DNA from: Amoebidium appalachense
Lineage: Eukaryota; Protista; Ichthyosporea
Assembly: GCA_963693365.1 (NCBI GenBank)
Contig: CAVNZM010000014.1
Span: forward strand, 5,146,001 to 5,210,000
Reading direction: 5' to 3'
Length of the DNA stretch: 64,000 bases
Shown here: piece after piece, positions 20,531-64,000 of the stretch
Layout of the letters: each line of letters starts with the position of its first letter
How positions within the stretch are numbered: position 1 is the first letter of the stretch
Translations under genes and position numbers: made by a program
Notes under the pieces: generated by a model
Seen by the model: the letters and a program-made list of their open reading frames with translations, nothing else
Database searches by the model: none
Told to the model about the DNA's origin: nothing

Positions 20531-21510
20531 GTAACGTCAAGTACACATTACCTGCCACGTTCGACTTTGGCCTCAGCCGACGTATGACCGAGTATGCTCT
20601 GTCTATTTTTCAAGGGTATGAGTTACCGCGTGATCAGTCGTTTCGGAAGCAGAGTTTTGTCAGCCTTGAAAAATAAGAGCTACCTCCAAAGGTAGCAGAT
20701 CTCATTACACGCTTGTTTTCAGAAATTAATATACGGGTCCGATGATTTTCCTCCTCCTCCTCCCCCCCCCCTTCTCCTTTCTCTCCACACACAAAAACAA
20801 AACAAAAAAACCACACGAAGCCAACCCTTCTAGCCGCGCAGCACAACCACCAAGTACATGTCCAGAAACTTTTATTTTCCACTTCCACTTCAGGCCCGCA
20901 CCATATGTGCATACGCCCAACCAACTCGCACGGCAACTCCTAAGGTTTTATTTACACATCAATCGATAAAAGCGGGAACCGGAAAAAGTTCATACAATTT
21001 CAGCGTACAACCATGCACTAATTTTGCGGTTGGGATTTAATTTTCATTCACCCTTGCCATTTGATGTTCTAAAAAATCCCAAAACGTTATATACAATAAT
21101 TATGATTCAGGTATGTGCCACAGACAAAAAGATGCAAGCAAGCGATCTATCCATCCTACATAGGTAAAAAATTTCCTGGGCCTAGTTAATTTTTCATGTG
21201 CAGCAGGGTTCGAATTCAGACCGAACAGGCAGAAGCAAGCCTTCCTAGATATATATAGTTTTTTTAATAGTTTTCAACTATCGCAAATTTTTTGACAGTC
21301 CATAACTCCTTGATATTGATCCAAATATAGTTTTTAACACAAACACACAATTAGTATTTATTCTTTTAGCATTATGCAATCTCACCTTATCCACCTATAG
21401 AGTATTACATAAACCACTAATTTGCGTCTCAATTCATCGTAAAAGCGTCATAACTGCTCCAGCAAAAACAAACCCCAAACCACTAGTTTTTTAAATTTTA
21501 GTTAGAATAA

Positions 21511-51783
<30,273 letters not shown>

Positions 51784-51866
51784 TTTCCACAAAACCACGC
51801 CAGCTACACACACCGTTTCGTTCTACGCGCACTAGAATTTATGGCAGTACATCTCGAAGTTACTCA

Positions 51867-51938
51867 GTCGAACATTCGAACAACATGAAACCCTTTATGC
51901 CTGTCGAACATTCGAACAACATGAAACCCTTTATGCCT
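51867..51938. repeat. Perfect 36-bp tandem duplication ~85 nt upstream of the SHPRH start codon
   Basis: GTCGAACATTCGAACAACATGAAACCCTTTATGCCT occurs twice. Confidence 0.9.
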
Positions 51939-52645
51939 GATCAGGTGGCCTCGAGCTCGGATCCGGAGTTCGTTGGTACGTATACAGCTGCAGCGCTCCT
52001 GTGACGTAGCACATTTTACACTCCTCTGTAATGGTGCCTCTGAAGCCAATCACATTATGCTTGGCAAATCTATTGGATCTATTTGTCCATTTTTTTTAGA
52101 TTCTCCAGGCTGCTTCGAATTCGAACCATTCCTTTTTTTTTTTTGGCCACAGGCAGTGGGGCCGGGGGCCGCTGCGATACACGGTAGCACCGGTGGTAGT
52201 TGTGGCAGTGGTGATGACAGTGGTGGTACCTTGGTGGTGGTGGTGGTGGTGGTGGTGGTGGTGGTGGTGGTGGTGGTGTGGTGGTGTGGTGGTGGTGGTG
52301 CACGTATGTGGTGTAGTGGCCCAAAACAATTTCAAGGAGGGGAGGGAAGGGAAGGTAGCCCGGGGAGGGCGGGAGGGAGGGAGGGAGGGAGCTGAGGGAG
52401 CCTCGGAGAGGGGGGGGGGGGGGGGGGGTTTCTGATCAGAGTCCCCATTCATCCAGGGCGCATTATTTAATAATCACCCGTGTGTTCATGTACCCGGGCC
52501 TCGCTAGGCCTTCAGCTCCTGTTCATGCTTTAGAATTCAAAGGAAGGTTTTTCTACATAAAAAAGGACGGAATTAATTGGGCCCGAAAGAGGGAGGGGGA
52601 GGGAGGGAGGCTCAAGTGGTTGGTTGGTTGCTCGTTGGGGGAGAG

Positions 52646-52685
<40 letters not shown>

Positions 52686-53231
52686 ATTGGTTGCTCTAGC
52701 TACACTCGTCAGCTGGGCAGGCGCTAGCGCTAGCTTTGGCGGCAGTCGCACATTCTTGATTCTCATGTCTCGTACTTAAATTATATACGAACACCAGATG
52801 CATCGCATCTGACTTGCAACACATACAGAAAATAATTCTGCTAACGCTACAGTAACTCTCTTGCGTTACACAATATTGGAAAGACATGCATGATATCGAC
52901 AAGTTCTAATGATCATTACAACAAAAAACACCTTCACACTATTTACGTTTAAAAACACCTTCGTCAACAATTCTACTTGCTAAGATCTTTGAAACATCCA
53001 AAACAGGAAGATCGAATATGCTTGAAGTTTGATCTTTGCAAGGACCACCATTTTGAGCAAACCTTACAAACCAAACCCTACTGAACTAGTAAATTTCGTT
53101 GATGTATGTGAACGTGCTGAACATTAGGTGTGCTTTTGTACCTGTGTTTGCGCTTGTGCTTGTGTGTGCGTGCGTGTGTACGTGTGTGCGTGCACGTGAG
53201 CGTGTGTGTGTGTGTGCGTGTGCGTGTGCGT

Positions 53232-53324
<93 letters not shown>

Positions 53325-53500
53325 TGTGTGTGGCTGGTGCAGGAGGGAAGAGGGTCTTGACACATGTATGCATAAAAGAAGGTGCTTACGGTTAAATACT
53401 TAATGTGCTAATAGGCATGTGTGTTGGGTATTTCATGTGATGATTTCTCTCTAAAAGTGTAGGACGATGGTACACTGACGATGTTGTGGAGGTTGAGGCA

Positions 53501-53698
53501 TTAGTCTGTGTCTCCAGTGCCCATCTTCTGAAGCTCCTTCTTCAGTCGGAGTTCTGCAGAAATTAGAACTGTCAAAAACACATCCATAAAAACTCTTTTG
53601 AACATGTGAAACCGACTGTGGGTGGGTGTGGAGTGAGTGAGTCGGCCGGTTTTGGGGATGCATATGGAACAGGGATGCGCAACTTTTTTTGGTAGTGT

Positions 53699-53746
<48 letters not shown>

Positions 53747-53841
53747 GGGGGGGTTGCAGAAGAGACAGAACGTATGGAATTACCTTCTGCCACCTATGCA
53801 CTAAACAACCTGTCTGACCTGCTGCCGTTCAACATACTCTT

Positions 53842-53889
<48 letters not shown>

Positions 53890-54241
53890 ACCACCACCAC
53901 CACCACCACCACCACCACCCCCACCACCACCACCGCCGCCGCCGCCGCCACCACCACATCTCCTCTCCCACGGCACGTACATAAACATAGCCACACATAC
54001 ACACAAAATATCTTTTAATCTACCTGTCTCAATCTGCCAGCAACCCAATCTGATGAAATAGGAGAACACACATCGTTCAAAAAAATGAAAAAAAGAGCGG
54101 TTTGACCCCAAATTAACTGCAGAAAGGCCATGTAGGAAACACAAAATGCAGGCCCAGCATTGAGGGTCGACGATAATGGGTCCGAGGTGACAGAGAGGAC
54201 GTGAAGGGAACCCCGCCCGCCCACCCGCCCGCCCGCCCCCT

Positions 54242-54283
<42 letters not shown>

Positions 54284-54414
54284 CTCTATCTTAAAAGAGC
54301 ACTTGCAGTTTGTGCAGTGCAAAGGCTGTGTAATCATGAATATAAGTGGGGGAAAGGGAGAACAGGGCTCCAAGGGGAAAATGGGGGTGGAGTGGGTGGG
54401 TCGGTGGGTGGGTT

Positions 54415-54455
<41 letters not shown>

Positions 54456-55755
54456 CTGGTTACACACCCAATAGTTTCTGGCGACAAGAGCCAAGTTCGC
54501 TAGTCACTCTTCCGAGCTCCATCTCCAATTCTTCAATCGATTCAGGAATCGGATCGGACGGAATTTGGTCCAATCGCCTCATTTCGAGGTTTTCCTCTTC
54601 TTTTGCCTTCATTCGGGCACGCTCCCACTCTTGTTCCTGTTTTCGCATCGCCTGTACTTCGTCTTCGCGCTCGTTATCGGATTCCGTCTTTTGTTTCTCC
54701 TCCTCCCGTTCGCTTGTATAATTCGTGCTATCTTTTCTCGACTTCGCTATTCTATCCTTCCCCCTTCTGTGCTCTCTCGCCGAATCTCGCCGCCGCTTTC
54801 CGTTTCTGTTTCTTTCCCGACTTCGCGACCTCTCTCCGTCATAATACCGACCTCTCCTCCGTGAAGGTGACCTAGATCTTGATCTTGTGCGTCGACGTGT
54901 CCTGTCTCTCCCTCTGGGTCTCGATCTATCTCTTCCTCTTGAACTCGACCTCGATCTCGATCTAGATCTAGATCTAGATCTAAACCGTCCCGCAGATCTG
55001 GAACGTGATCGTGAACGGGATCGTCGTGAATAACGTGACCTCCTCGGTGATCTACTGGGACGGGAATCTGGCCTTCTACGACTCCTATATCCCCGACTTC
55101 CACGATCTCTCGAGTCAGATCTTGATCTTGACCTTGACCTTGACCTAGATCTAGATCTTGATCTTGACCTTGTCCGTGTTCTTGATCGCAATCGTGATCG
55201 TGACCTGGAAGGCGATCGTGATTTCGATTCCGCATTCGAAACAGGTGGTGTTTTTGCTTTCGCCTGTGATACAATTGCAATTGGTGCAGGTGGCTTTTGT
55301 GACAGTTTGTTTGGTGATGGCCGTTTTGGAGATCGGGAGGATGGGCAGGACCACCTCGATCCAGGAGATCGGGATCGGGATCGGGATCGGGATCTCGATA
55401 GGGAAGAAGACCATTTCTCCCTGGATAGAACACGCCTGGTGCTTGCAGATGTTCCGGAAGGCTGTGATTGGGCGGATGGGAGCGTGTTCACTGGTGGCGC
55501 CACAGGTGCTGTAGACCCACTGATCATAAAAATTAAAGTCAGCAATCGATTGGTTGTTCATTTTAGGTAGCTTATGTATTCATATATTAGTGTGCAGGAA
55601 GTGAGGGCTTTGGAAATGATATGAGGCAGCAAACAAGGGCAAACAGTTGAGTGTTTGTGCGTGTGTTTGTTTGCGACGGGGTGTGGGGGGTGTGGGTCGT
55701 GTGTGCCTGTGTGCATGTGTGTGTGCGTGCCTTGGAGCAGAGCGCGCGGCGGCGG

Positions 55756-55800
<45 letters not shown>

Positions 55801-56134
55801 TTGAAAATAAGTAGTTTCCGAAAAAGGACAACACCTATTACGCCACACGCACACAGTCACACTATTTTGCTGGCTACATTGAGTGTCCCGGGGAGGGGGG
55901 GGGGGGGGGGGGGGGGGGGGTGGAGATATTGTTAGAACGTGACACCGTGTGAGAAAACATGGTACAAGAATACACCCAACCAAAGATACAAAAGTATACG
56001 TATGGTGACACGGTGCCATACAGAAAGAAATACTAAGGAAGGAAGAGCACAGAATCAGCCCATCCTCCAGTCACCCGGAAAGGGGGGGCAACCACATTTC
56101 GTGCAAAAAAGATGAATCAGCCAAGGGGCGCTCC

Positions 56135-56169
<35 letters not shown>

Positions 56170-56753
56170 AAAAGCATGTGTTACAGAGCACCAAGTGCAC
56201 TATCAATACGGGCAACACCAAACGAAGTATGCAAAGCACACACAAGGAGTACGCATCATAGAACGTCCTCATCCTCAAGGAAAGTTTAAGTTATCCACAG
56301 TTCCCCCGGGGAAGGGGGGGGGGGGGGGGGGGGGGGGGGTGCTACTTTTGCATGTTGACGACCAGGTTCGTTGGTTGGGGGGCAAAGGTGGAGCCAAAGG
56401 GGCCGTCCTGAGCACTGCTACTGGCAGGCACATCACCCATAAGAAGCACCACTAGTGGGTCTCTCTGTCAATAGGGAAAATGCATTAATAATCATGCTTT
56501 TAACCAAAGTGTTCTAGGAAGTTTCAAGAAAAACCGCGGAGCAGGCAAAGTGTGGCCCAAATGATACTTGAACGCTTATGCGACACATTTGGAGTATTGC
56601 TGATGCAGGGAAAGATCATCCTGTAATTTTGCTGCCTTTCGTTGTTGTTCGGGTGTGCTTGTTTGTTTTTTCCACCGTTTGTTCTTTTCTTTTCCTTTCG
56701 TTCTTTCTTTTTTATTTTATTTTATTTTATTTTATTTTATTTTTTTATTTTTT

Positions 56754-56790
<37 letters not shown>

Positions 56791-57657
56791 TGTGTGTATG
56801 TGGCGAGGATGGGAGGGGGATGGGTAAGGTGGAAGCAGGGAAATGGATTCAGTAGCTAAACAGAAAAAAAATAGGTTACAATAATCCACATTTCCCACGG
56901 CTAAATCATGGACTGCTCCGCACGCTACCAACTGAAGATAAATGGTTAAACAAGCAATGAACGGGAAAATGAGGGGAGGAAAAAAAAAAAGAGGGGGGGG
57001 GAGGGGGGGGGGGGGGGGAGAGGGGGGTAAAGTCACACAGGAAAATAGAGGCTTATCAATGTGTTTTACCTCCGTTGAGTAAGGGGGAAGGTATTGGTTG
57101 GTGTATTTGGGCGTGTTTGCCGGGAGTGTGTGTGTGTGTGTATGTGTGTGTGTGTGTGTGTGTGTATGTGTGTGTGTGTGTGTGTGCGAGTGTGCCCGTG
57201 ACCGTGTGTTCATGTGTGCATGTGCTCAATAATGTGGGACAGTGTGCATGTGTGTATTTGTGTGTGCATCCGTACGTGCACATGTGTGCGTGGATGTCTT
57301 TGTGTGATTAGGGGGCCAGCGGGGGCCTGCCGGGGGGGGGGGGGGGGGGGGGGTGGAGGGGGGGGGGGGGGGGGGGGGGGGATAGCTCACGTAGCCAGGT
57401 GGCCAGTCATACTGTGAGTTGATGTCATAGGCCGCAATGTCAAAGGGAGACCGAGCAAAGTTGATGAATTCATGCACAAAGTGCTCTGTCTTGTCGAACA
57501 GAAATGGCCGGAGCTCCTCCCGAAACTCCTCGGTCTGCACATCAACCCTGTGCGTGTGGTGTGTGTGTGTGTGTGTGTGCGTGTGCGTGTGTGTGTGTGT
57601 GTCTGTGTGCGCTTGTGTGTGTGCGTGTGTGTGTGTGTGTGTCTGTGTCTGTGTGTG

Positions 57658-57724
<67 letters not shown>

Positions 57725-57789
57725 GTGTGTAGAGGATAGGGGTGTGTGTAGGGGGCAGGAGTAAAGCTTAGGTTTGTGGTTTGTGTGCT

Positions 57790-57831
<42 letters not shown>

Positions 57832-57904
57832 TGTGTGTGCGTGTGTGTGCATGTGCATGTGTACGTGTGTGTGTACGTGAGTAAGCTACGTGTGTGTGTG
57901 TGTA

Positions 57905-57936
<32 letters not shown>

Positions 57937-58669
57937 GGGAGGGTGGAGGGGAGGGGGAAGGTGTGGGTGGATGTGTCACACAGGGGTAGGGTGTAGATAG
58001 AAAATTAAAGGAAAGCGGCGGTAGAGGGCAGCGGTTAGCAAGAATATGGATGGAGGCCCTAAGGAATGAACATGCATTCATATTCAGCACAACTACATAT
58101 GCCGAAGACCACACTCTCCAAAGGCAGACCCTCACCCAATGTGAAGCACCCTCCCTTCTTTCCTCCCCCTTTCCTTTTCCTATCCACCCACCCAAAGAAC
58201 GGAATATAACACATATACCCCACACACAGTTACACATACACGTGCATCCCTCCCCCCCCCCCCCCCCCCCCCCCTCCCCCCCCCTCCCCCCTCCCCCCTC
58301 CCCCCAACTCTCCCCGGGGGCCCTGCAGGGAGCGGGAAAAAAAAAAAAAAAAAAAAAAAAAAACCTAGCCAGCCAGTCACACAAACCCACACTCACACCC
58401 ACCTTCCAGCTCACGTGCCTACCCAACCACCCACCACCCAACCACACGCGCTCCCCGCCTGCCCCTCCCTCCCCCCCACAACCCAACACCCCAACGGAGG
58501 CTGCCCACCCGTCCACCCACCACGGCTCGACTGCTGTGCAGGCATGCACCCGCATTCGCGTGCGTGCGCACACACACATGCAGAAGGCACACGCACACAG
58601 ACGCATGCATCCAGGCAACCAGCCACACACACAATCAACGAATAAAAATACACATTGCCCTTTCCCCCC

Positions 58670-58711
<42 letters not shown>

Positions 58712-58805
58712 CCCAACGAGAGAGAAACAGGGAGAGAGGGCCAGGTATATGTAAACAAACACACACACACACACACGCACACGCACGCACGCACGCACGC
58801 ACACA

Positions 58806-58897
<92 letters not shown>

Positions 58898-59027
58898 CAC
58901 GTACCTCTCCAGCAGAGACTGCACAAAGGTCAGCACCAGATCTACGTCATCGTCCCCAAGCACCACCTGCACCCATCGTCAAATCTCAATGTCGGCATCG
59001 GTAAAAACCATCCTCCCACTTTCCCCG

Positions 59028-59117
<90 letters not shown>

Positions 59118-59365
59118 GGGGAAAAAAAAAGAAAAGACAAGAAAAAAAATACACAACTCTTTCCCCCCTTACTCCCGGACGTTGGGCCCACGGTGATCTT
59201 CACAAACAAACACAGACGACCGTCACTCTCTGCCGTCAACAAACAACACCTCCCATTCACGAAAGACAAAGTAAAGGGGATAACGAAACAACCAAGACCA
59301 AGAATGAGATGAGAAGTTGGGGACATTCAAAAGGCAGGGACGGGCCTGGAAAAACATGAGGTAAA

Positions 59366-59405
<40 letters not shown>

Positions 59406-60621
59406 GCTTATATTCTCGAAAAGTGGTCGAAGCTTGTAGTGGTTGTGTGCTTGTGCTTGTACTTGTCCTTGTGTGTGCTTGCTTGCGTGTGTGTGTGTGT
59501 GTGTGCGTGTGTGAACAAAGGGGGAAGAAGGGAGGGGAGATGGGGGGGGGGGGGGGGGGGGTTGTCATTTGTTACCTGAAGATCACGGACCAACCATGGC
59601 ACAAGACGGCGAGCCATATATGGCCGAGACTTGAACGTCATGTGGGCTGAGGGAGGGAGGGAGGGAGGGGGGGGGGGGGGGGGGGGGGTGAGCATGATAA
59701 AGGTAAAGAGTACACGAAATCACGTTGATGTCTGCAATTGTTCCTATGAAATCCTCTCCCGTTCAAGTCTGAAACCTTTGTGCCAGTCTAGCTCCTGAGT
59801 AGATTCCTCCCCGCCTCCCACGCCAAAAGACACGAGAAGAGAAAGACCAAGCAAGAAAAAAGACAAGAATCGCACCAAGTATGACATGAACACAAAAAAC
59901 AGAAAATGATTCATGGTGAACGGGGGTAATGTACTGAGAAAGGGCTTCTTCAGTTTTGCGCACATGTGATAGGCAGAGGAGGCGGGAGGGGGGGCGCGCG
60001 GGGGGGGGGGGGGGGGGGGGGGGAGAGGGAAGGAGAGAGGGGAAGGGAGGGGGGGGGGGGGGGGGGGGGATTAAATTACAGATGTCGCGGAACTTTGAGT
60101 ACCGATTGGAGCCCACGTACTTGGCTCTCAACCCAAGAGCATACACCAGCCTGCATGGAATTGGTGTCAGTAGACCATTTCTGGCAATCAAAGCATCTGT
60201 CTATATCAACATTTTGTGGCCTGACGTTTATGTTACGTCACACTAGCCTCAATTTTCGACCACAGCTTTACCCATACAAGGAGCAAATCTCCTCTTTTTT
60301 AGGAATTGCACAATCGCCATAAAAAGTAATCGTAAATGCTTCCTAACTCACTCAAAAAAATATATATGCCCCAGGAAGGAATCGCACAACTCACTAAACA
60401 CTCACTCCCAGTGTATATTCTCCTCCTCACTGCATGCCCCCTCTTCCATAGATCTTCATATCCCGTCTTCCCACTCTCTAAGCAATACGTTCTCAGAGGC
60501 ACTTCTTCAGACATATCGGTTACTCGTGTCCTATGAAGCAAATGCATGGGGACCCTGTGCGCTTATGTACTTATATATACAAATAGCACCGGAGGTGGGA
60601 GGGCGGCAGGTGTGTGTGTGT

Positions 60622-60653
<32 letters not shown>

Positions 60654-60856
60654 ATATTGAGCAACCTTCTTCTCTCCTTTGCAGCTGCGATTCTCTCCGA
60701 GGCAGCAGGTTGGGGTTGTCTTGGCTTGGTGGTACGGTAGCGGAATCTGACCATCGAGCAAATATGGTTGGAATGTGTATTGAATACGCCCCCCCCCCCC
60801 TCCCCCCCCCCCCCTTTACTCCCACATATACACGCAGGCAGGCAGGCAGACAGGCA

Positions 60857-60925
<69 letters not shown>

Positions 60926-63822
60926 ACGCGAAAACACAAACACACAAGACAGGCAGACTCCGTCCATGTGCACATAGCTATCGCAACAAACCAGACAACG
61001 AAACAGCAACTGCTTGATAGCACTCAGGAAGTGGTATAATCATGAAATACAAGAAACAAAGCATGAACTCCGGAAAAACAGCAACAAAGCATACACCAAA
61101 AGTCGGAGATTGTGCAGCTGAAAATATCCGCGCGGCCGGGGGGGGGGGGGGGGGGGGGGGGGGGAGGGGGTTTGAATGCGGAACACGGTACGAAGTACGC
61201 ATACACGAAGGACACATGCAAAGGCAAACATTCAAGTATGCAACATCAGCCATGCGCACAGTATGCGTCATAAGCAGAGCACATCCTCAGGGAGGGGCCC
61301 CGGGGGGGGGGGGGGGGGGGGGGGGGCAGCAAAAGGTGACTGAATAACTACTCACCCCATGCGGTACTCGACAGGTGCTCGTTTGGTAAAGGTCGGCAGC
61401 TCATCCAGCCGATGCTGCAGACCGTGTGCTGTTAGCTGATTGGTCCAACACAAAAGGAAGAAATATGTGCCACAGCGGGAAAACAAAAACTGTGGTAGGG
61501 TTACCCTTCAACATATATATACGGCCGGTTGTGTATCTGCTGGAAACGGCGCTATCTTTCGATATGATCAGAACTAAAAACCCATACAGTATGCTTAAAA
61601 AAGCCATATGTCCAGCCTTCCTAAGTCAGGCATATAAAAGTGAACTGACACCACACCATCCAGTCTAAACATAGGAATATAGGTGCAAAGCAAAACATCC
61701 CCATAGGGTTGCAGTGATTTCTCATCATAACACACCCCATGCATAAGCATGCTGCTGTAGTGTTCGTCGTGTACATACACGTTCTTAGGAATGCATACAC
61801 ATTGTTGATCATATATACATACATGGTCAGTCATGCACGTAACCGTTGTTAGTAATGCAGATACACACTGTTCAATCTGCATTCATAGAATGTTAGTAAT
61901 GAATTTACATATTGCTAGTCATGCATACACGTTGACAGCCATGCATACATACATTGATAGGCACGCATAAACACGTTGCTAGTACAGGGTCCCTCGCGTA
62001 TGAACACGCCATCTTATTGATACATTCGCGTATTGATACACTGCCGGTCCTGCACAATACTATAGGGGCGCAGCTAGATGTCCCTCCATACCTATATATA
62101 AATGAATACGCGCGACACCATATATGGTAACTTACTAATCAAACTACCGTATAAATGCACCTCACATGTTAACCTCTTGAGGACCGTAATTTTCACGAGA
62201 TCGACATCTAGTCAACTGACATCGACATGAATCAGTTTGTGCTCTAATGTGAGCATGAAGTTGATAGGAACTAGCCAAATAAAAATAGCACGGGATTAGA
62301 TTATACACTTATTCTTCGTCTCATGCAAAAAAAAAAATTGAACTTTACCCTAATAACGATACCTTGTATATGGTGTAACTACAAAGGGTGCTTGCCAACT
62401 TGACGAGTCAATGTCGACATCGAAATGCTGTCAATGCAATCTTCTGATTGGACCATCCTGAAAATGGCTCCGAATGGCAAAACATGATTGGTCGGCTCAG
62501 TCGACAGTCGATGGCAACTACAACTTTTCTCAAAATCTCGAAAGTCACTTCAGAAACAGATATGAAAGTATACGAAATGATGATATTTTCCACAAATCAT
62601 CTTAGTAACATATGTAGGTAAGATATGTCATATACCTGTCGGCATATGCAATCTATTTGATCTTTTCCTATCGATTTTGAGCCGCAATAGAGTTGTTTAG
62701 GCCTAGGTCGGGACCCGTCCAAATCAATTAGTCCGGGCCCCAAGAGGTTCATATTATTATGGCTGAAAAACGGGGATGTATTAAACGCACGGGACCCCTG
62801 TAATGCACCTGCACAAACACATTGTTAGTACACACACACATGGCACACACCTGCTTGAAGTCCGTGTCCGACACTATGTCGTAGATGAGTGTCCGGTATG
62901 ACGACTTGCACATGGGGCACAGGCGGGAGTTTTCCGACCACTGAAGGATGCAGATATAGCAGAACTCATGTGCACGGCAGTCAAGGAAATACCAACACAT
63001 TATAGGGTGAAAGAGAGGGGAGAAGGATGTAGTGACAAGTAAACGAGACCGGGGGGGGGGGGGGGGGGGTCGCAGCGAATGAAAAATATGTGTATTGATC
63101 AACGGAAAAGAGCATTTTGATATATAAGAAAGTTCCCGGGGGGGGGGGGGGGGGGGGGGGGGGAGTCTTAGATAGCACGATGAAAGGGTGTTTGGGGATG
63201 TATGTTGCTTGGTTTGAAAAGCTTTGGGGGGAAGAGGGGGGGGGGGGGGGGGAGGGTTTGAATGCGGAACACGGTACGAAGTACGCATACACGATGAGAG
63301 GGAAGCATGGTGCAGGACACATGCAAGGGTAAACATCCAAGTATGCAACATCAGCCATGCGCACAGTGTGCGTCATAAGCAAAGCCCATCCTCCGAGAGG
63401 GGGGGGGGGGGGGGGGGGGGGGGGTGCGTGTGTGTGTGTGGGTCTGTGCAAATGCAAGCGTACATGCATGTGTGCAAGTGTAAGTGGTGATTTGTGTGGT
63501 GTTGAGTGTTAGTGTATGAGTCCGAATGTGTGTGGTGTAAGCGTATGTATGCGCAAGACTGCACGCTTGCGTGTTCATGTGTGGGCCAATGAATGAACAG
63601 TTCGGTCGGTAAGCGGTGGATGGGAGGGGGGGGGGGGGGGGGGGGAGCGGTGCACGCAGAGGCCCGTGTGTGTGTGTGTGTGCGTGTGTTCAGTGTTTGT
63701 GTAATCTGGACATGTGTCCGTGCATGCTGGTGTGTCTGTGTATGCATGTGCATCTACTTGTGTGTGTGCAGGAGAAAGAGAACGTGTGGTCTGTATGTGT
63801 GTGTGTGTGTGTGTCTGTGTAT

Positions 63823-63855
<33 letters not shown>

Positions 63856-64000
63856 GGGGGGGGGGGGGGGGGGGGGGGGAGGGGTGAAGTCTTCCTCAGG
63901 GGGAGGAGGGGTTGTCATAAATATGGGTGGATATGAAAGCACTTGTCCAGGCATGTTCGAGTGCTGAAGTCCTCCAAGCAGATGGGGCATCTTTCTCTCT
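53501..64000 (-). CDS. TOPORS: TOPORS-like RING E3 ubiquitin/SUMO ligase with RS-rich C-terminus (5' end outside window)
   Basis: Exons (high-low): >64000-63935, 62969-62851, 61414-61356, 60746-60666, 60150-60080, 59646-59576, 58966-58905, 57547-57391, 56464-56346, 55519-54468, 53553-53501, all phase-consistent. [35 protein letters not shown]; FRYRTT; [11 protein letters not shown]; [31 protein letters not shown]; long RS tract. Confidence 0.9.
61165..61292. repeat. Dispersed intronic repeat; related copies at ~63255-63395, ~41721-41782 and ~26460-26490
   Basis: GAATGCGGAACACGGT is shared by three copies; GATGAGA..GGTGYAGGAYACATG by three; AAGTATGCAACATCAGCCATGCGCACAGT by the two long copies. 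Confidence 0.8.
62173..62747. mobile_element. ~575-bp non-autonomous TIR element with piggyBac-like termini in a TOPORS intron
   Basis: TTAA|CCTCTTGAGGACCG ... CGGGCCCCAAGAGG|TTCA (12/14 TIR match, 3/4 TSD match). The interior lacks the poly(C)/(CA)n tracts of surrounding introns. Confidence 0.6.
62970..63934 (-). other. U12-type (minor spliceosome) AT-AC intron, 965 nt
   Basis: 5' end ATATCCAC; branch site TTCCTTGAC at 62988-62980; 3' end ..GTGCAC. Removal restores C|AT (His) in the RING motif CFHEFC. Confidence 0.9.

Noticed and set aside
21175-21250. GGTTCGAATTC B-box-like motif and hairpin+CTAG (tRNA/SINE or Helitron end)
   Set aside because: No cloverleaf or A box, the hairpin is weak, and the CTAG is not followed by T.
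54460-55545. Stand-alone 361-aa SR-protein ORF, and antisense ORFs over (AGATCT)n
   Set aside because: It is the penultimate TOPORS exon (phases fit on both sides). Antisense openness follows from the palindromic RS codon repeats.
59614-59623. CArG matches inside coding exons (59614 and 36797)
   Set aside because: Explained by codons (RPYMA, PNLG); excluded from the CArG argument.

Overview
Eukaryotic genomic DNA from an intron-rich organism, probably an opisthokont microbial eukaryote (inference; taxon not verifiable here). Introns are packed with poly(C)/poly(G) tracts and (CA)n/(TG)n/(CT)n microsatellites, so almost all ORF-track entries are low-complexity noise. Three spliced genes were assembled by hand with phase-consistent exons: QTRT2 (+, 13 exons, 9220-19369), an SHPRH/Irc20-like SNF2 helicase-RING ligase (-, ~37 exons, 51783 to ~21511) and a TOPORS-like RING/RS protein (-, 5' end beyond the window, ends 53501). 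The first 9 kb is an accessory block: a diverged copy of QTRT2 exon 1/intron 1, a 20-bp palindromic tandem array, an intronless bacterial-type secreted choloylglycine hydrolase/penicillin V acylase-family gene with two compensating 1-bp frameshifts, and an intact APE-RT LINE with poly(A) tail and 8-bp TSD. The most unusual signals concern splicing and intron architecture: a U12-type AT-AC intron splitting a RING His codon, an 8-nt microexon supplying the Walker A GKT, two GC-AG introns with the same GCATGC donor, repeated decayed duplications of 3' splice junctions, four separate intronic repeat clusters built on CArG (SRF/Mcm1-type) boxes, and apparent enrichment of CCAAT boxes next to 3' splice sites. 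Several TTAA-flanked MITEs and a small dispersed repeat family are also present.
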